Of a stretch of 64,000 bases of DNA, positions 47,169 to 56,130 are shown in pieces. The first letter of the stretch is position 1. Every line of letters begins with the position of its first letter. Source of the stretch: an uncultured delta proteobacterium. GTDB lineage: Bacteria > Desulfobacterota > Binatia > JACPRU01. Position numbers and translations under genes: made by a program. The notes beneath the pieces were generated by a model that saw only the letters and a program-made list of their open reading frames with translations, was not told where the DNA came from and did not search any database. The DNA is taken from assembly GCA_963745025.1 (NCBI GenBank), contig CAVUWD010000016.1:928001-992000 (forward strand), written 5' to 3'.

Positions 47169-47929
47169 CCATCGCGGCCAAAGCGGCCAAAGGCGTGAGT
47201 ATCTCCATCCGCGACGTGTGGAAGTCGTACGACAGGCACGCCGTGCTGCGCGGCGTTCGGCTCGACGTCGCTGCGGGTGAGACGTTGGTCATCATCGGCG
47301 GCAGCGGCGAGGGCAAGTCCGTGCTGATCCGCCAGATCATCGGTCTCGAGCAGCCCGACCAAGGGGAGATCCGATTGAACGATCTCACCGTCGCGGCGTA
47401 CCGGGCGCTCACCATGGAGGAGAAGCCGTTTCACGTCTCGATGGTCTTCCAGGCGTCGGCCTTGCTCAACTCGCTGACCGTGGCCGACAACGTGAGCCTC
47501 GCGCTGCGCGAGCACCGCACGGCGAAGCTCGCCGAAATCCGCACGATCGTCCGCGATTGCCTCGAGCAGGTCGACCTCGAGGGCACCGAAGAGAAGATGC
47601 CGAGCGAGCTGTCGGGAGGCATGCGCAAGCGCGCGGCGATCGCGCGTGCGCTGGCCATGGACTCGGACCTGATCCTCTACGACGAGCCGACGGCCGAGCT
47701 CGACCCGCTACTCACGGAGGAGGTCGGCGCGCTGATCCGTCGCATCCAGGAGCGGCGGCGTCCGACTCAGGTCGTGGTGACACACAATCTTCCACTCGCC
47801 GGCGAGATCGCCGATCACGTGGCGGTGCTCTGCCGGGGAGAGATCGTCGACTACTGCACGGGAGAGGAGTTCTTTCACAGCCAGCATCCACACACGCGGA
47901 ACTTCCTGCGCGCGGCGCGCGTGGTGTGA
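47165..47929 (+). CDS. mlaF: MlaF family ABC ATP-binding protein
   Basis: GGSGEGKS, PSELSGGMRKRAAIARA, LYDEPT and VTH motifs. Confidence 0.88.
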   Translation: MTIAAKAAKGVSISIRDVWKSYDRHAVLRGVRLDVAAGETLVIIGGSGEGKSVLIRQIIGLEQPDQGEIRLNDLTVAAYRALTMEEKPFHVSMVFQASALLNSLTVADNVSLALREHRTAKLAEIRTIVRDCLEQVDLEGTEEKMPSELSGGMRKRAAIARALAMDSDLILYDEPTAELDPLLTEEVGALIRRIQERRRPTQVVVTHNLPLAGEIADHVAVLCRGEIVDYCTGEEFFHSQHPHTRNFLRAARVV

Positions 47930-47947
47930 GCCTCGAAGGAGCGAGCC

Positions 47948-48916
47948 ATGATTCTGTCCAGAGAACAGCGAGTCGGCCTCTTCTTTCTCGGCGGCATCCT
48001 GCTCTTCGTCGGCTTCATCGAGGCGACCGTCGGGACCGGCCTCTTCTCGCGGGGAACCCGCGTGTGGGCCGAGTTCGCCGACGTGCAGGGCCTGACGACC
48101 GGCGCCCAGGTCCGTGTCGCCGGCGTCAAGGCCGGCGCGGTCCGGGAGATCCGCCTCGAGCCCGACCACGTGCGGGTCGCACTCGAGCTGAAGAAGGGCA
48201 TCCAGCTGCACGAGGATGCGGTCGCCCGTCTCGACTTCCAGGCGCTGTCGGGCGCACGCTTCCTGACGATCGATCGCGGCTCACCCGACCGTAAGCTGCT
48301 TCCTCCCGACGCGACGCTGCGCAGCGAGTCTGCCGCCGGGATCTCGCAGATGGTCGACGAGCTCGACAAGGTCGGCGGCAGCCTCCGGACCCTCGCCGAC
48401 TCGCTGAACGAGAACCAGGATCGCTTGCTGAAGACCGTCAGCGAGATGCTCGACGAGAATCGGCAAGGCCTCGCGCAAACCGTGAAGAACCTCGGCGGGA
48501 TCACCGACAAGCTCAACAACGGCCAGGGGACGCTCGGGAAGCTGCTCGCCGACCCGACTCTTTACGACGAGGCGGCCGCGACACTCGCCTCGCTCCGCGA
48601 TTCGTTCGGCGATATCCGAAAAGTGACGGGTCGACTGGCCCGCGGCGAAGGACTCCTCGGCAAGCTCTTGACGGAAGACGGCATGTACGACGACCTGCGC
48701 GAGAGCGTCGCGGGGCTCCACCTCACGGTGGAGAATTTCGCCGAGGTGTCGGAGCGGGTGAAGCACGGGGAAGGTACGCTCGGGCGTCTGGTCGCGGACG
48801 ACTCGCTCTACAATTCCGCGGAGGGGGCGCTGAAGGGCGTGAGCCGCGCGACCCAGGGCCTCGAGGACCAGGCGCCGATTTCGGTGTTTGGGACGTTACT
48901 TGGGACGCTGTTCTAA
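47948..48916 (+). CDS. mlaD: MlaD/MCE protein with long helical C-terminus
   Basis: N-terminal TM helix; MCE motif GL..GAQVRVAGVKAGAV; three GxGx(L/T)GK/RL repeats. Confidence 0.85.
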   Translation: MILSREQRVGLFFLGGILLFVGFIEATVGTGLFSRGTRVWAEFADVQGLTTGAQVRVAGVKAGAVREIRLEPDHVRVALELKKGIQLHEDAVARLDFQALSGARFLTIDRGSPDRKLLPPDATLRSESAAGISQMVDELDKVGGSLRTLADSLNENQDRLLKTVSEMLDENRQGLAQTVKNLGGITDKLNNGQGTLGKLLADPTLYDEAAATLASLRDSFGDIRKVTGRLARGEGLLGKLLTEDGMYDDLRESVAGLHLTVENFAEVSERVKHGEGTLGRLVADDSLYNSAEGALKGVSRATQGLEDQAPISVFGTLLGTLF

Positions 48917-48918
48917 GA

Positions 48919-48989
48919 TACCGGCTACCGGCTACCGACACAGACTTCACGGTGCCTTTCCGGTCGCCGGTAGCCGGTAGCCGGTAGCC
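48919..48989. repeat. Inverted heptamer-array element, copy 3
   Basis: TACC GGCTACC GGCTACC GAC ... GGTCGCC GGTAGCC GGTAGCC GGTAGCC. Confidence 0.8.
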
Positions 48990-49681
48990 AACAGCTTCTT
49001 CGCAGCTTCGAACACCTCGTCGAGCATCCTCTCCGTCAGCCGGCCGGTGAACGTGTTCTGCTGGCTCGGGTGGTAACAGCCGATCATTCTCCGCCCGCTT
49101 TCGAGCTCGATCACGGCGCCGTGGCCGAAGCGTGGGGTGACGCGCGGTCGCTCGCCGACCGTGCGTAATACCCGCAGGAGGTTCGTGAACGCGAAACTAC
49201 CGAGTGGGACGAACACCCGAACGCGGTCGAGGATCGCGAGCTCGGATGCGAGGTACGGCAAGCAGCGGTCGCGCTCCTCGACGGTCGGCTTGTTGTACGG
49301 AGGCGCGCAGCGGACGACGGCCGAGACGTACGCATCGGAGAGTTCGAGCCCGTCGTCGCGCGATCGAGACGTCGGCTGATTGGCGAAGCCGCCACGGTAG
49401 AGTGCCGCGTAGAGCCAGTCTCCGCTTCGGTCTCCCGTGAAGATCCGGCCGGTTCGGTTGCCGCCGTGCGCGGCGGGCGCGAGGCCGATCACCCAGAGGC
49501 GGGCCCGCGGGTCACCGAAGCCGGGCAACGGCCGCCCCCAGTAGTCCCAATCCTGAAATCGCCGCACCTTCTCGCGGGCTACGTGCTCGCGATGGGCGAC
49601 GAGTCGCGGGCAGAGCCGGCAAGCGACGATGCGATTCTGGAGAGCCTCGCGGCTCTTCGGCAGCCGGGCGACGATCGGCAT
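48947..49681 (-). CDS. Uracil-DNA glycosylase, family 5 (UdgB-like, Fe-S)
   Basis: CRLCPRL, GLAPAAHGGNRTGRIFTGD, RCAPP.NKP and YHPSQQNT motifs. Confidence 0.9.
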   Translation of the reverse strand: MPIVARLPKSREALQNRIVACRLCPRLVAHREHVAREKVRRFQDWDYWGRPLPGFGDPRARLWVIGLAPAAHGGNRTGRIFTGDRSGDWLYAALYRGGFANQPTSRSRDDGLELSDAYVSAVVRCAPPYNKPTVEERDRCLPYLASELAILDRVRVFVPLGSFAFTNLLRVLRTVGERPRVTPRFGHGAVIELESGRRMIGCYHPSQQNTFTGRLTERMLDEVFEAAKKLLATGYRLPATGKAP

Positions 49682-49726
49682 GGGCTTGCCATCGCTTCGA
49701 TCAAAGCGTCGGCCGCAGACGCGCCA

Positions 49727-50158
49727 TCAACGCGACGAGAGGGCGGCGACGAACCCTCCCTGGATCACCGTCTCGCCCTTCTGGTTCTTCGCGTAAAGCT
49801 CGCCCTCGATACGTTTCTCGCCGTTCGCCTCGTATTTCTTGATGACCTTGCCGCCACAGGTGATCGTATCCCCCGGCCACACTTGACTCGTGAACCGCAC
49901 CTTGAAGCGCCGCAGCCCGGAGCGACCGACGTAGTCCGAGAGGCACTTGCTGACAAAGCCTGCGCTCAGCATCCCGTGGGCGAAGACTGTTGGGTATCGT
50001 GCCGCCTCGGCGAAGGTCTGATCGTGGTGGATCGGATTGAAATCGCCCGACGCGCCGGCGTACTTGACGATGTCGGTACGAGTCAGGTTCGTCACCTCGA
50101 ATACGGGAATCTCGTCGCCTTCCTTCACGTCCTCGAAGTAGGGCTTCTTCCTCTCCAT
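49727..50158 (-). CDS. MaoC-like (R)-hydratase, catalytic subunit
   Basis: YAGASGDFNPIH and FAHGML hydratase 2 motif. Confidence 0.9.
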   Translation of the reverse strand: MERKKPYFEDVKEGDEIPVFEVTNLTRTDIVKYAGASGDFNPIHHDQTFAEAARYPTVFAHGMLSAGFVSKCLSDYVGRSGLRRFKVRFTSQVWPGDTITCGGKVIKKYEANGEKRIEGELYAKNQKGETVIQGGFVAALSSR

Positions 50159-50229
50159 CGCTACACTCCTCTTCCCGGCTCGCGCCCCCTGCGCAGGGTG
50201 CCTCACCTTGAAACAGGCTGGTGGCTGTT

Positions 50230-50694
50230 TCAATCCTTCTTTTCGACCGGCTTGGCGGTTTCGATGATCGTCGAGCGTGCGTAGAGACAGACCTCGCCGC
50301 GCTGGTTCTTGTACTCGGTCTCGAGGGTGACGAGCGTCATCTCGCCTCCGCGCTTGCCGGGACGCTTCTCGACGTTGGAGATACGGCCCCGCGCGGTGAG
50401 CGTATCGCCGGCGTAGACGGGCCGCAGGTATTCAAACTCCTGCTCGCCGTGGAGCACCCGACGAAGATCGAGGCCGAGATCGATGCGGCCCTGACCCTCG
50501 TCCCAGAACGACTGAGTCATGGTGAAAGTTGGTGGCGGCATCACGCCTCCCGCCTCCTTCTTCGCGTACTGCTCATCGAAGTACACCGGGTTGTCGTCCT
50601 TGATCGCCCGCGCGAACTCGCGAATCTTTCCTAGCTCGATGTGCATCGTCACGGGCTGTCCGCTCCGCCCGATTCTCGGATCCTGTTCTTCCAT
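50230..50694 (-). CDS. MaoC/FAS1-like dehydratase partner (HadA-like hot-dog fold)
   Basis: IREFARAI.DDNPVY, PPTF and LHGEQEFEY.RP motifs. Confidence 0.88.
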   Translation of the reverse strand: MEEQDPRIGRSGQPVTMHIELGKIREFARAIKDDNPVYFDEQYAKKEAGGVMPPPTFTMTQSFWDEGQGRIDLGLDLRRVLHGEQEFEYLRPVYAGDTLTARGRISNVEKRPGKRGGEMTLVTLETEYKNQRGEVCLYARSTIIETAKPVEKKD

Positions 50695-50711
50695 CGCCTC
50701 CCCCTGTTTCT

Positions 50712-50778
50712 GGACTACCGGCTACAGGCTACAGGAACGGCATCGGAAGTCTTTTCCCGAAGCCCGAAGCCTGAGGCC
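50712..50778. repeat. Inverted heptamer-array element, copy 4
   Basis: GGACTACC GGCTACA GGCTACA GG ... CCCGAAG CCCGAAG CCTGAGG CC. Confidence 0.65.
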
Positions 50779-50818
50779 AACTTCCTCTTCACCATCTGCC
50801 TCGATTTCGAGCGGACCG

Positions 50819-51370
50819 CTACTTCGCCGCGGCCGATGTCGCCGCGTGCACGCCCGCGCCGTAGAGCAGATCCGCATAGTACTGCACGTTCAGGCCGACG
50901 AGGAGCACGCGCGGCGAGACGCTGGTTTGCGCGTAGATCGCCGTTTGCGACGGATTGCGGCCGCCAAGTTTCACGGTGAGCTTCTTTCCGCCGGACAGTT
51001 CGATTTCCACCTCCGGCGACGACTCGGTCAGCTCGAACGCCTGCAAATCTTCCCGCTTCGGCGCGTCGTTGATCTGCTCGGCCTCTTGCCTGTCGGTGAG
51101 ATTCTCGATCAGCGCCGAGACGAGATCGGGAGGTACCTTCGCTCCCACTGGCTGGACGATCTGCCAGCGCTTGTCTTTCCGCTCGCAACGGATCTCGAGC
51201 CCTTGGCGGCGCAGCGTCACCGCGGCGACCTCGTCGCTGTAAACGTTGAGAACCTTCTCGCGTGCCGCTCGGATTTCGGAGGGAGGCGCCGGCCGGCGCT
51301 CGAACGTCACGTAATACGCACCAAGCAGGGCCGCTGCGATCCAACACCCGAGCGTGCTGCGCCAGGTCAA
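50819..51370 (-). CDS. DUF4340-like protein (auxiliary to the Gld-like ABC system)
   Basis: N-terminal TM; W..V.P, LQAFEL...P and LGGRNP; lies after the GldG-like gene. Confidence 0.65.
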   Translation of the reverse strand: MTWRSTLGCWIAAALLGAYYVTFERRPAPPSEIRAAREKVLNVYSDEVAAVTLRRQGLEIRCERKDKRWQIVQPVGAKVPPDLVSALIENLTDRQEAEQINDAPKREDLQAFELTESSPEVEIELSGGKKLTVKLGGRNPSQTAIYAQTSVSPRVLLVGLNVQYYADLLYGAGVHAATSAAAK

Positions 51371-52752
51371 CTCATCCTCCGCTGCACGAACACCAGGCCC
51401 CCGAGTATGACGAAGATCGCAGGCAGGATCACCACGCCCAGCATGAACAGCCTGTAATTCTGCCGGCTCGACAGAAAGAACTGCTCCTTTCCCGCGATCT
51501 TGCGCTCTGGGCGCACGCCGATCAGAGTGTCCTCAAGCGCGAGCCAATTTACGCTGTTTACGACCAAGTCCCGGTTCCCGAGCATCTCGATGAACTCGTT
51601 GTTCGCGAAGTCGACGTCACTGTATACGATGATCCGGCCCGCCTTGCGTACCGCTTGATCCTCCTTCACCGGTTCGTTCCCCGCCACGCGCACTGCGAGC
51701 GAAACGCCGACGACGAAGGGTCCGTGCCGGTCACCCCGCTTGGCGTCGAATTCGAGATTCTCGGGAAGCCCTCTGCCGCTCAGCGGCATCGCCCAACTGC
51801 TCTTCGAGGTCGACAGCAACGGGAGCACGTCGATGTCCTCGTTGTCTCCGGGCTGGATGTCGATCGGTCCGAACAAGGAAAAGAGCGGATCGTCGGATGT
51901 CGAAGTGACGCTCGACTCGTGAGCCTTCTCCGGAATGCGCGACGTGATCGGCTCCCCCGCGGAGAGCTGATTGTCGGATTCCCCGATCATCTGCGCAGGC
52001 AGATCAACTCGATAGCGGTGAAGGAACTCCGCCCACGACGGGCTCGCGCCGGGATCCAGCAGCACGAGCATCGCCCCCCCGCTGCGCAAGTACCCGTCGA
52101 GCTTCGACGCTTCGTCGGGCAAGAAATCTCGCCTCGGTCCGAGCACGACGATCGTCGCCGCGTCCGGCGGGATCTGCTGCGAGCCGAATAGCGAGAGCGG
52201 CTTTACGTGATAGAACTCTTGCTCGAGCACGTTGCGCAGGGTCGAGTATCCCTTGTGCCGATCCGCCTCGTTGGTGTCACCCTCGCCGTGCCCCGAGAGA
52301 ACGTAGACGTACTTCTCGTAGTCCCGCGTCACCTGCAGGATCGCCGCCATCAAGATCTCCTCGCGCGCGTTCGAGAGGCTCTTGCGACGGGCCCCGCACT
52401 CGACGATGACCGAGCCGTACGAATCCGCACGGTAGACGCGCGCCAGCGCTGGGTTTCGGTTGAGATCGACGAACCGGGTCTTGACGTGCGGCTGTCGCTC
52501 CTCGATTCGCCAGGACAGATCTCGCAGGTAGTTGTTCCGCGCATCCTCGCGGCCGAGGAACGCGATGATCTTCACGTCCTTTTTGACGTCGTCGAGGATG
52601 CGAAGCGAGTGCGGCGAGAGCGTGAAGAACTTGCCGGGCGTGAGATCGAGACGGAGGTTGTGGCGATAGCTGATGGCCTCGCCGATCGAGAACAGCGCGA
52701 CCACGCCGAGCACGTTCAGCAGCAGCAGGGCGTAGTTCTTGAGCGCCGTCAT
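51367..52752 (-). CDS. GldG-like ABC transporter auxiliary component
   Basis: DLTPGKFFTLS, LSGHGE, LGPRRDF and NRDLVVNSVNWL; C-terminal TM. Confidence 0.82.
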   Translation of the reverse strand: MTALKNYALLLLNVLGVVALFSIGEAISYRHNLRLDLTPGKFFTLSPHSLRILDDVKKDVKIIAFLGREDARNNYLRDLSWRIEERQPHVKTRFVDLNRNPALARVYRADSYGSVIVECGARRKSLSNAREEILMAAILQVTRDYEKYVYVLSGHGEGDTNEADRHKGYSTLRNVLEQEFYHVKPLSLFGSQQIPPDAATIVVLGPRRDFLPDEASKLDGYLRSGGAMLVLLDPGASPSWAEFLHRYRVDLPAQMIGESDNQLSAGEPITSRIPEKAHESSVTSTSDDPLFSLFGPIDIQPGDNEDIDVLPLLSTSKSSWAMPLSGRGLPENLEFDAKRGDRHGPFVVGVSLAVRVAGNEPVKEDQAVRKAGRIIVYSDVDFANNEFIEMLGNRDLVVNSVNWLALEDTLIGVRPERKIAGKEQFFLSSRQNYRLFMLGVVILPAIFVILGGLVFVQRRMS

Positions 52753-53498
52753 CGGCGGCCTCGCCAGCGACGCGATTCGAGCGAGCGCAACGTGAGGATC
52801 GTAAAGAAGGCGATGATGAGCAGGTAATAGATCACGTCGCTCGAATCGATCACGCCTTTGGAGAAATTCCAGAAGTGATCGAACGTGGAGAACGCCTTGA
52901 GGACGTTCATCACATCATCGCTGCCGGCTGCCTCGTTCCAGGTCATCAGCCAGAGAACTCCCACGAGAAACAGCGAAAAGACCCCGGCGACGACCTGGCT
53001 GTCCGTGAGCGAAGAGACGAACAGGCCGATCGCGATGAACACCAGCCCGAGCAGCAACAAGCCGCTGTAGCCCGCGGTGACGAGCTGAAACGGGAAGGGC
53101 TGAATGCTGAAGAGATAGAGCGGGTAGAGCAGCGTACCCGCGAGCATGATGAGAAACACGGTCGCCGCAGCGAGGAACTTCCCCGCGACGATCTCGCCGT
53201 CACGCATCGGATAGGTGAAGAGCAGCTCGATCGTTCCGAGCTTCCGCTCCTCGGCGAAGAGACGCATCGTCAGCAGCGGCACGATGAACGTCATGACCTT
53301 GGTCGCCATGTCGACGAAGAGCAGCTGGAAGAAGTTACTCAGGATGTCCATGCCGAAGCCGAACTGCGTGAAGAAGTTGAGATCGGAATAGAAGAACCAG
53401 CCGCAAAGACACAGGAACACCGCCGTCATCACGTAGAACAGCGGGGTGACGAAGTAGGAGCGGACCTCTTTCTTGTAGAGCGCCCAGGTTCGGTGCAT
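52749..53498 (-). CDS. ABC-2 type permease (GldF-like)
   Basis: KEVRSYF.TP and PLLTMRLFAEERKLGTIELLFTYP motifs. Confidence 0.88.
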   Translation of the reverse strand: MHRTWALYKKEVRSYFVTPLFYVMTAVFLCLCGWFFYSDLNFFTQFGFGMDILSNFFQLLFVDMATKVMTFIVPLLTMRLFAEERKLGTIELLFTYPMRDGEIVAGKFLAAATVFLIMLAGTLLYPLYLFSIQPFPFQLVTAGYSGLLLLGLVFIAIGLFVSSLTDSQVVAGVFSLFLVGVLWLMTWNEAAGSDDVMNVLKAFSTFDHFWNFSKGVIDSSDVIYYLLIIAFFTILTLRSLESRRWRGRR

Positions 53499-53499
53499 C

Positions 53500-54471
53500 T
53501 CAGTTCACCCGCATTTCGTGCCGCCGCTCCTCTCCCACCAGGCGCACGAACAAGTCCTCGAGGGTCATCGTCACCGGGCTCACCTCCACGAGGCTCCACC
53601 CGCGGTCGATGATCGTTCGGGCGATTGCCTTGCGAACCGCCTCGTCCCTCGACACGATCTTCAACCGCGTCGTCGCGTCGCTCGGCACGCGGTCTTCGTT
53701 CACCTGCTCGACTCCGGGAAGCGCTTGCAGCGCCGCCGTCACTTCGCCGACCGGGCCCTCCACGCGAACCAAGGTTTGATAGAATCCTTGAACGCGTCGG
53801 TTGAGCGCTTCGGTGGTGTCGTCGGCGATGATGTGTCCGCGGTGAATGATGATGGCGCGGTCGCAGACGATGCTCGCCTCGTGGAGGATGTGCGTCGAAA
53901 GCAGGATCGTGCTCTGGCCACGCAGCTCGCGGATGAGGTTGCGGATGTCGATCACCTGATTCGGATCGAGGCCGACGGTCGGCTCGTCGAGAATCAGCAG
54001 CGCGGGCTCGGCGATGAGCGCTTGGGCGAGGCCAACCCGCTGTCGAAAGCCCTTCGAGAGCTTGCCGATCTCCCGCTTGCGGACCTCGCCGAGGCCCACG
54101 GCTTGGATCACCGCCTCCACGCGGCTACGAAGCTTCAGCCCGCGCAAGTCTTTGACCTCGCCGCAGAAGCGGAGATACCGGGCGACCGGGATGTCGGGAT
54201 AGAGCACGACGCTCTCGGGCAGGTAGCCGATCAGGCGACGAACGCCGATCGACTCGCCTTCGACGTCAAGGCCGCCGACCCGCGCCCGTCCCGACGTCGG
54301 TGGGAAGAACCCTGTGAGGATGCGCATGATCGTCGTCTTGCCGGAGCCGTTCGGACCGAGGAGCCCGATGATCTCTCCGCGCTTGACGTGGAACGAGACG
54401 TCGTCCACCGCGACGGTGGAGCCGAATTGTTTTCGCAGCCTCTCGACATCGATCATGTGGGGACTGGTCAT
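53500..54471 (-). CDS. ABC transporter ATP-binding protein (GldA-like)
   Basis: GPNGSGKTT, LSKGFRQRVGLAQA and LDEPTVGLDP; start approximate. Confidence 0.9.
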   Translation of the reverse strand: MTSPHMIDVERLRKQFGSTVAVDDVSFHVKRGEIIGLLGPNGSGKTTIMRILTGFFPPTSGRARVGGLDVEGESIGVRRLIGYLPESVVLYPDIPVARYLRFCGEVKDLRGLKLRSRVEAVIQAVGLGEVRKREIGKLSKGFRQRVGLAQALIAEPALLILDEPTVGLDPNQVIDIRNLIRELRGQSTILLSTHILHEASIVCDRAIIIHRGHIIADDTTEALNRRVQGFYQTLVRVEGPVGEVTAALQALPGVEQVNEDRVPSDATTRLKIVSRDEAVRKAIARTIIDRGWSLVEVSPVTMTLEDLFVRLVGEERRHEMRVN

Positions 54472-54608
54472 ATGGCTTCCGTGATGGCCGGTCAAACGAG
54501 GTTTCGACCAGGATAGACCACCGGAGCTGCTCGAAAATTCAGGGGACGGACCCTGAGAACCAGTGCGACTTGAGTAGCGGCCTTGGGGATGCGATGCAGT
54601 AAATTACC

Positions 54609-55592
54609 ATGCTCGCCCGTAGCAAGCGCCGTTGGGAGATGCCGGAATCGCAGGCCACCCCGGAGGAGCTTTTCCGCGGTCGGCGTCGGCTACTGGCCGG
54701 TCTCGCGGCCGGCAGCGCGGCCGCGGTCGCGGCTGGCTGCGGCATGCTTTCGAAGCCGATTCCCCCGACCTCCCCGAGCGAGGTCGACCCCTCGGCCAAT
54801 CTTTATCCGGCCAAGCGCAATCCCCGATACGTCCTGGACCGAGCCGTGAGCGAAGAGAAGCTCGTGACGGCGTTCAACAACTTCTTCGAGTTCAGCGGCG
54901 ACAAGCGGCTGGCGCGGGAGGCTCAGGTGCTGCAGATCCGGCCGTGGACGGTCACGATCGATGGTCTCGTCGAAAAGCCCATGACGCTCGACATCGATAC
55001 GTTGCTCCGGAAGCTGCCGATCGAGGAGCGACTCTACCGACATCGCTGCGTCGAGGCATGGGCAATGGCCGTTCCCTGGAGCGGCATCCCGCTAAGGTCG
55101 TTCGTCGAATACGCCCACCCGCTCGCGTCGGCCCGCTACCTCCGCATGGAGACGTTTCTCGACCGCGTGCGCGTTCCTCGCCAGCGCCAGGTGTGGTTTC
55201 CATGGCCGTACGTCGAAGGTCTGACGCTCGCCGAGGCCACGAACGAGCTGGCGTTCCTTTCGACCGGTGCCTACGGAAAGCCGCTCGCCAAGCAGAACGG
55301 GTCGCCGCTCCGGCTCACCGTCCCGTGGAAGTATGGCTTCAAGTCGGTCAAATCGATCGTGCGCTTTACGTTCACCGACACCCGTCCCGTGAGCTTCTGG
55401 GAGCGCATGAATGGAAATGAATACGGCTTCTGGGCCAACGTGAACCCGGCGGTGCCGCATCCCCGCTGGAGCCAGGAGACCGAGACCATGCTCGGCACCG
55501 GCGAAGACTTTCCGACACAGATCTACAACGGCTACGGCGAGTACGTCGCCGATCTCTACCGCGGGCTCGAAGCGGAGCGGCTCTTCACGTGA
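54609..55592 (+). CDS. msrP: Protein-methionine-sulfoxide reductase catalytic subunit (Mo-MPT, Tat-exported)
   Basis: RRRLL Tat motif, NNFFEF, RHRCVEAW, PWKYGFKS.KSI and NVNP.VPHPRWSQ. Confidence 0.93.
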   Translation: MLARSKRRWEMPESQATPEELFRGRRRLLAGLAAGSAAAVAAGCGMLSKPIPPTSPSEVDPSANLYPAKRNPRYVLDRAVSEEKLVTAFNNFFEFSGDKRLAREAQVLQIRPWTVTIDGLVEKPMTLDIDTLLRKLPIEERLYRHRCVEAWAMAVPWSGIPLRSFVEYAHPLASARYLRMETFLDRVRVPRQRQVWFPWPYVEGLTLAEATNELAFLSTGAYGKPLAKQNGSPLRLTVPWKYGFKSVKSIVRFTFTDTRPVSFWERMNGNEYGFWANVNPAVPHPRWSQETETMLGTGEDFPTQIYNGYGEYVADLYRGLEAERLFT

Positions 55593-55983
55593 GCGGGAGC
55601 TCGCGGGCTTCGGCAGGGGTGGTCCACCGCGGTACGATCGCCAGTGCGTTGGCCGGTGGTGCCAGGAAGAGCAGAACGAGCCAGAGAGCCTCGTCGGCCC
55701 GCGTGTCGGGATCGAGTCGCGCCGTCAACCAGACGACGAAGAACAGCAGGAAACCATTCAGCAGAAGCGCCGCCGCTTTCACCGTCGCCCCGATCTCCGG
55801 ATCGAGCCGCCGGCGGTAACCGAGCACCAACGCCAGCCAGCTGACCGCCGGCGCTGCGAGCAGGAGCCCCAGATAAATGAAATCGGGCGGCGCCAACCGT
55901 CCCTGCAGGCGCCCGAGCCCGACCAAGAACACTGCGCCGTTCAACAGGAACGCTATCGCCCTGAGCGTCGCACGCACCCGCAT
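55585..55983 (-). CDS. Hypothetical 4-TM membrane protein
   Basis: Four hydrophobic segments with an internal duplication (LLNG...LLAAPAV and LLNG...LAPPAN). Confidence 0.65.
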   Translation of the reverse strand: MRVRATLRAIAFLLNGAVFLVGLGRLQGRLAPPDFIYLGLLLAAPAVSWLALVLGYRRRLDPEIGATVKAAALLLNGFLLFFVVWLTARLDPDTRADEALWLVLLFLAPPANALAIVPRWTTPAEARELPLT

Positions 55984-56130
55984 CGCGCGGATTCATAGGA
56001 GATCCGCGGCGAGACCACAACGCGCCGTCGTGCTTCCGCGCCCTGGGCGAATCTGCTAAGCGGTCGCGCCTCGGGGACCCGCCCGGGGTATGCGTCTCCC
56101 CGCTCTGAGCAGCAATCTTCAGCGAACCGT

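Noticed and set aside
56040-56060. Sigma54 -24/-12 promoter upstream of the flippase-like gene
   Set aside because: The GG and GC dinucleotides are not separated by the required 10 nt.
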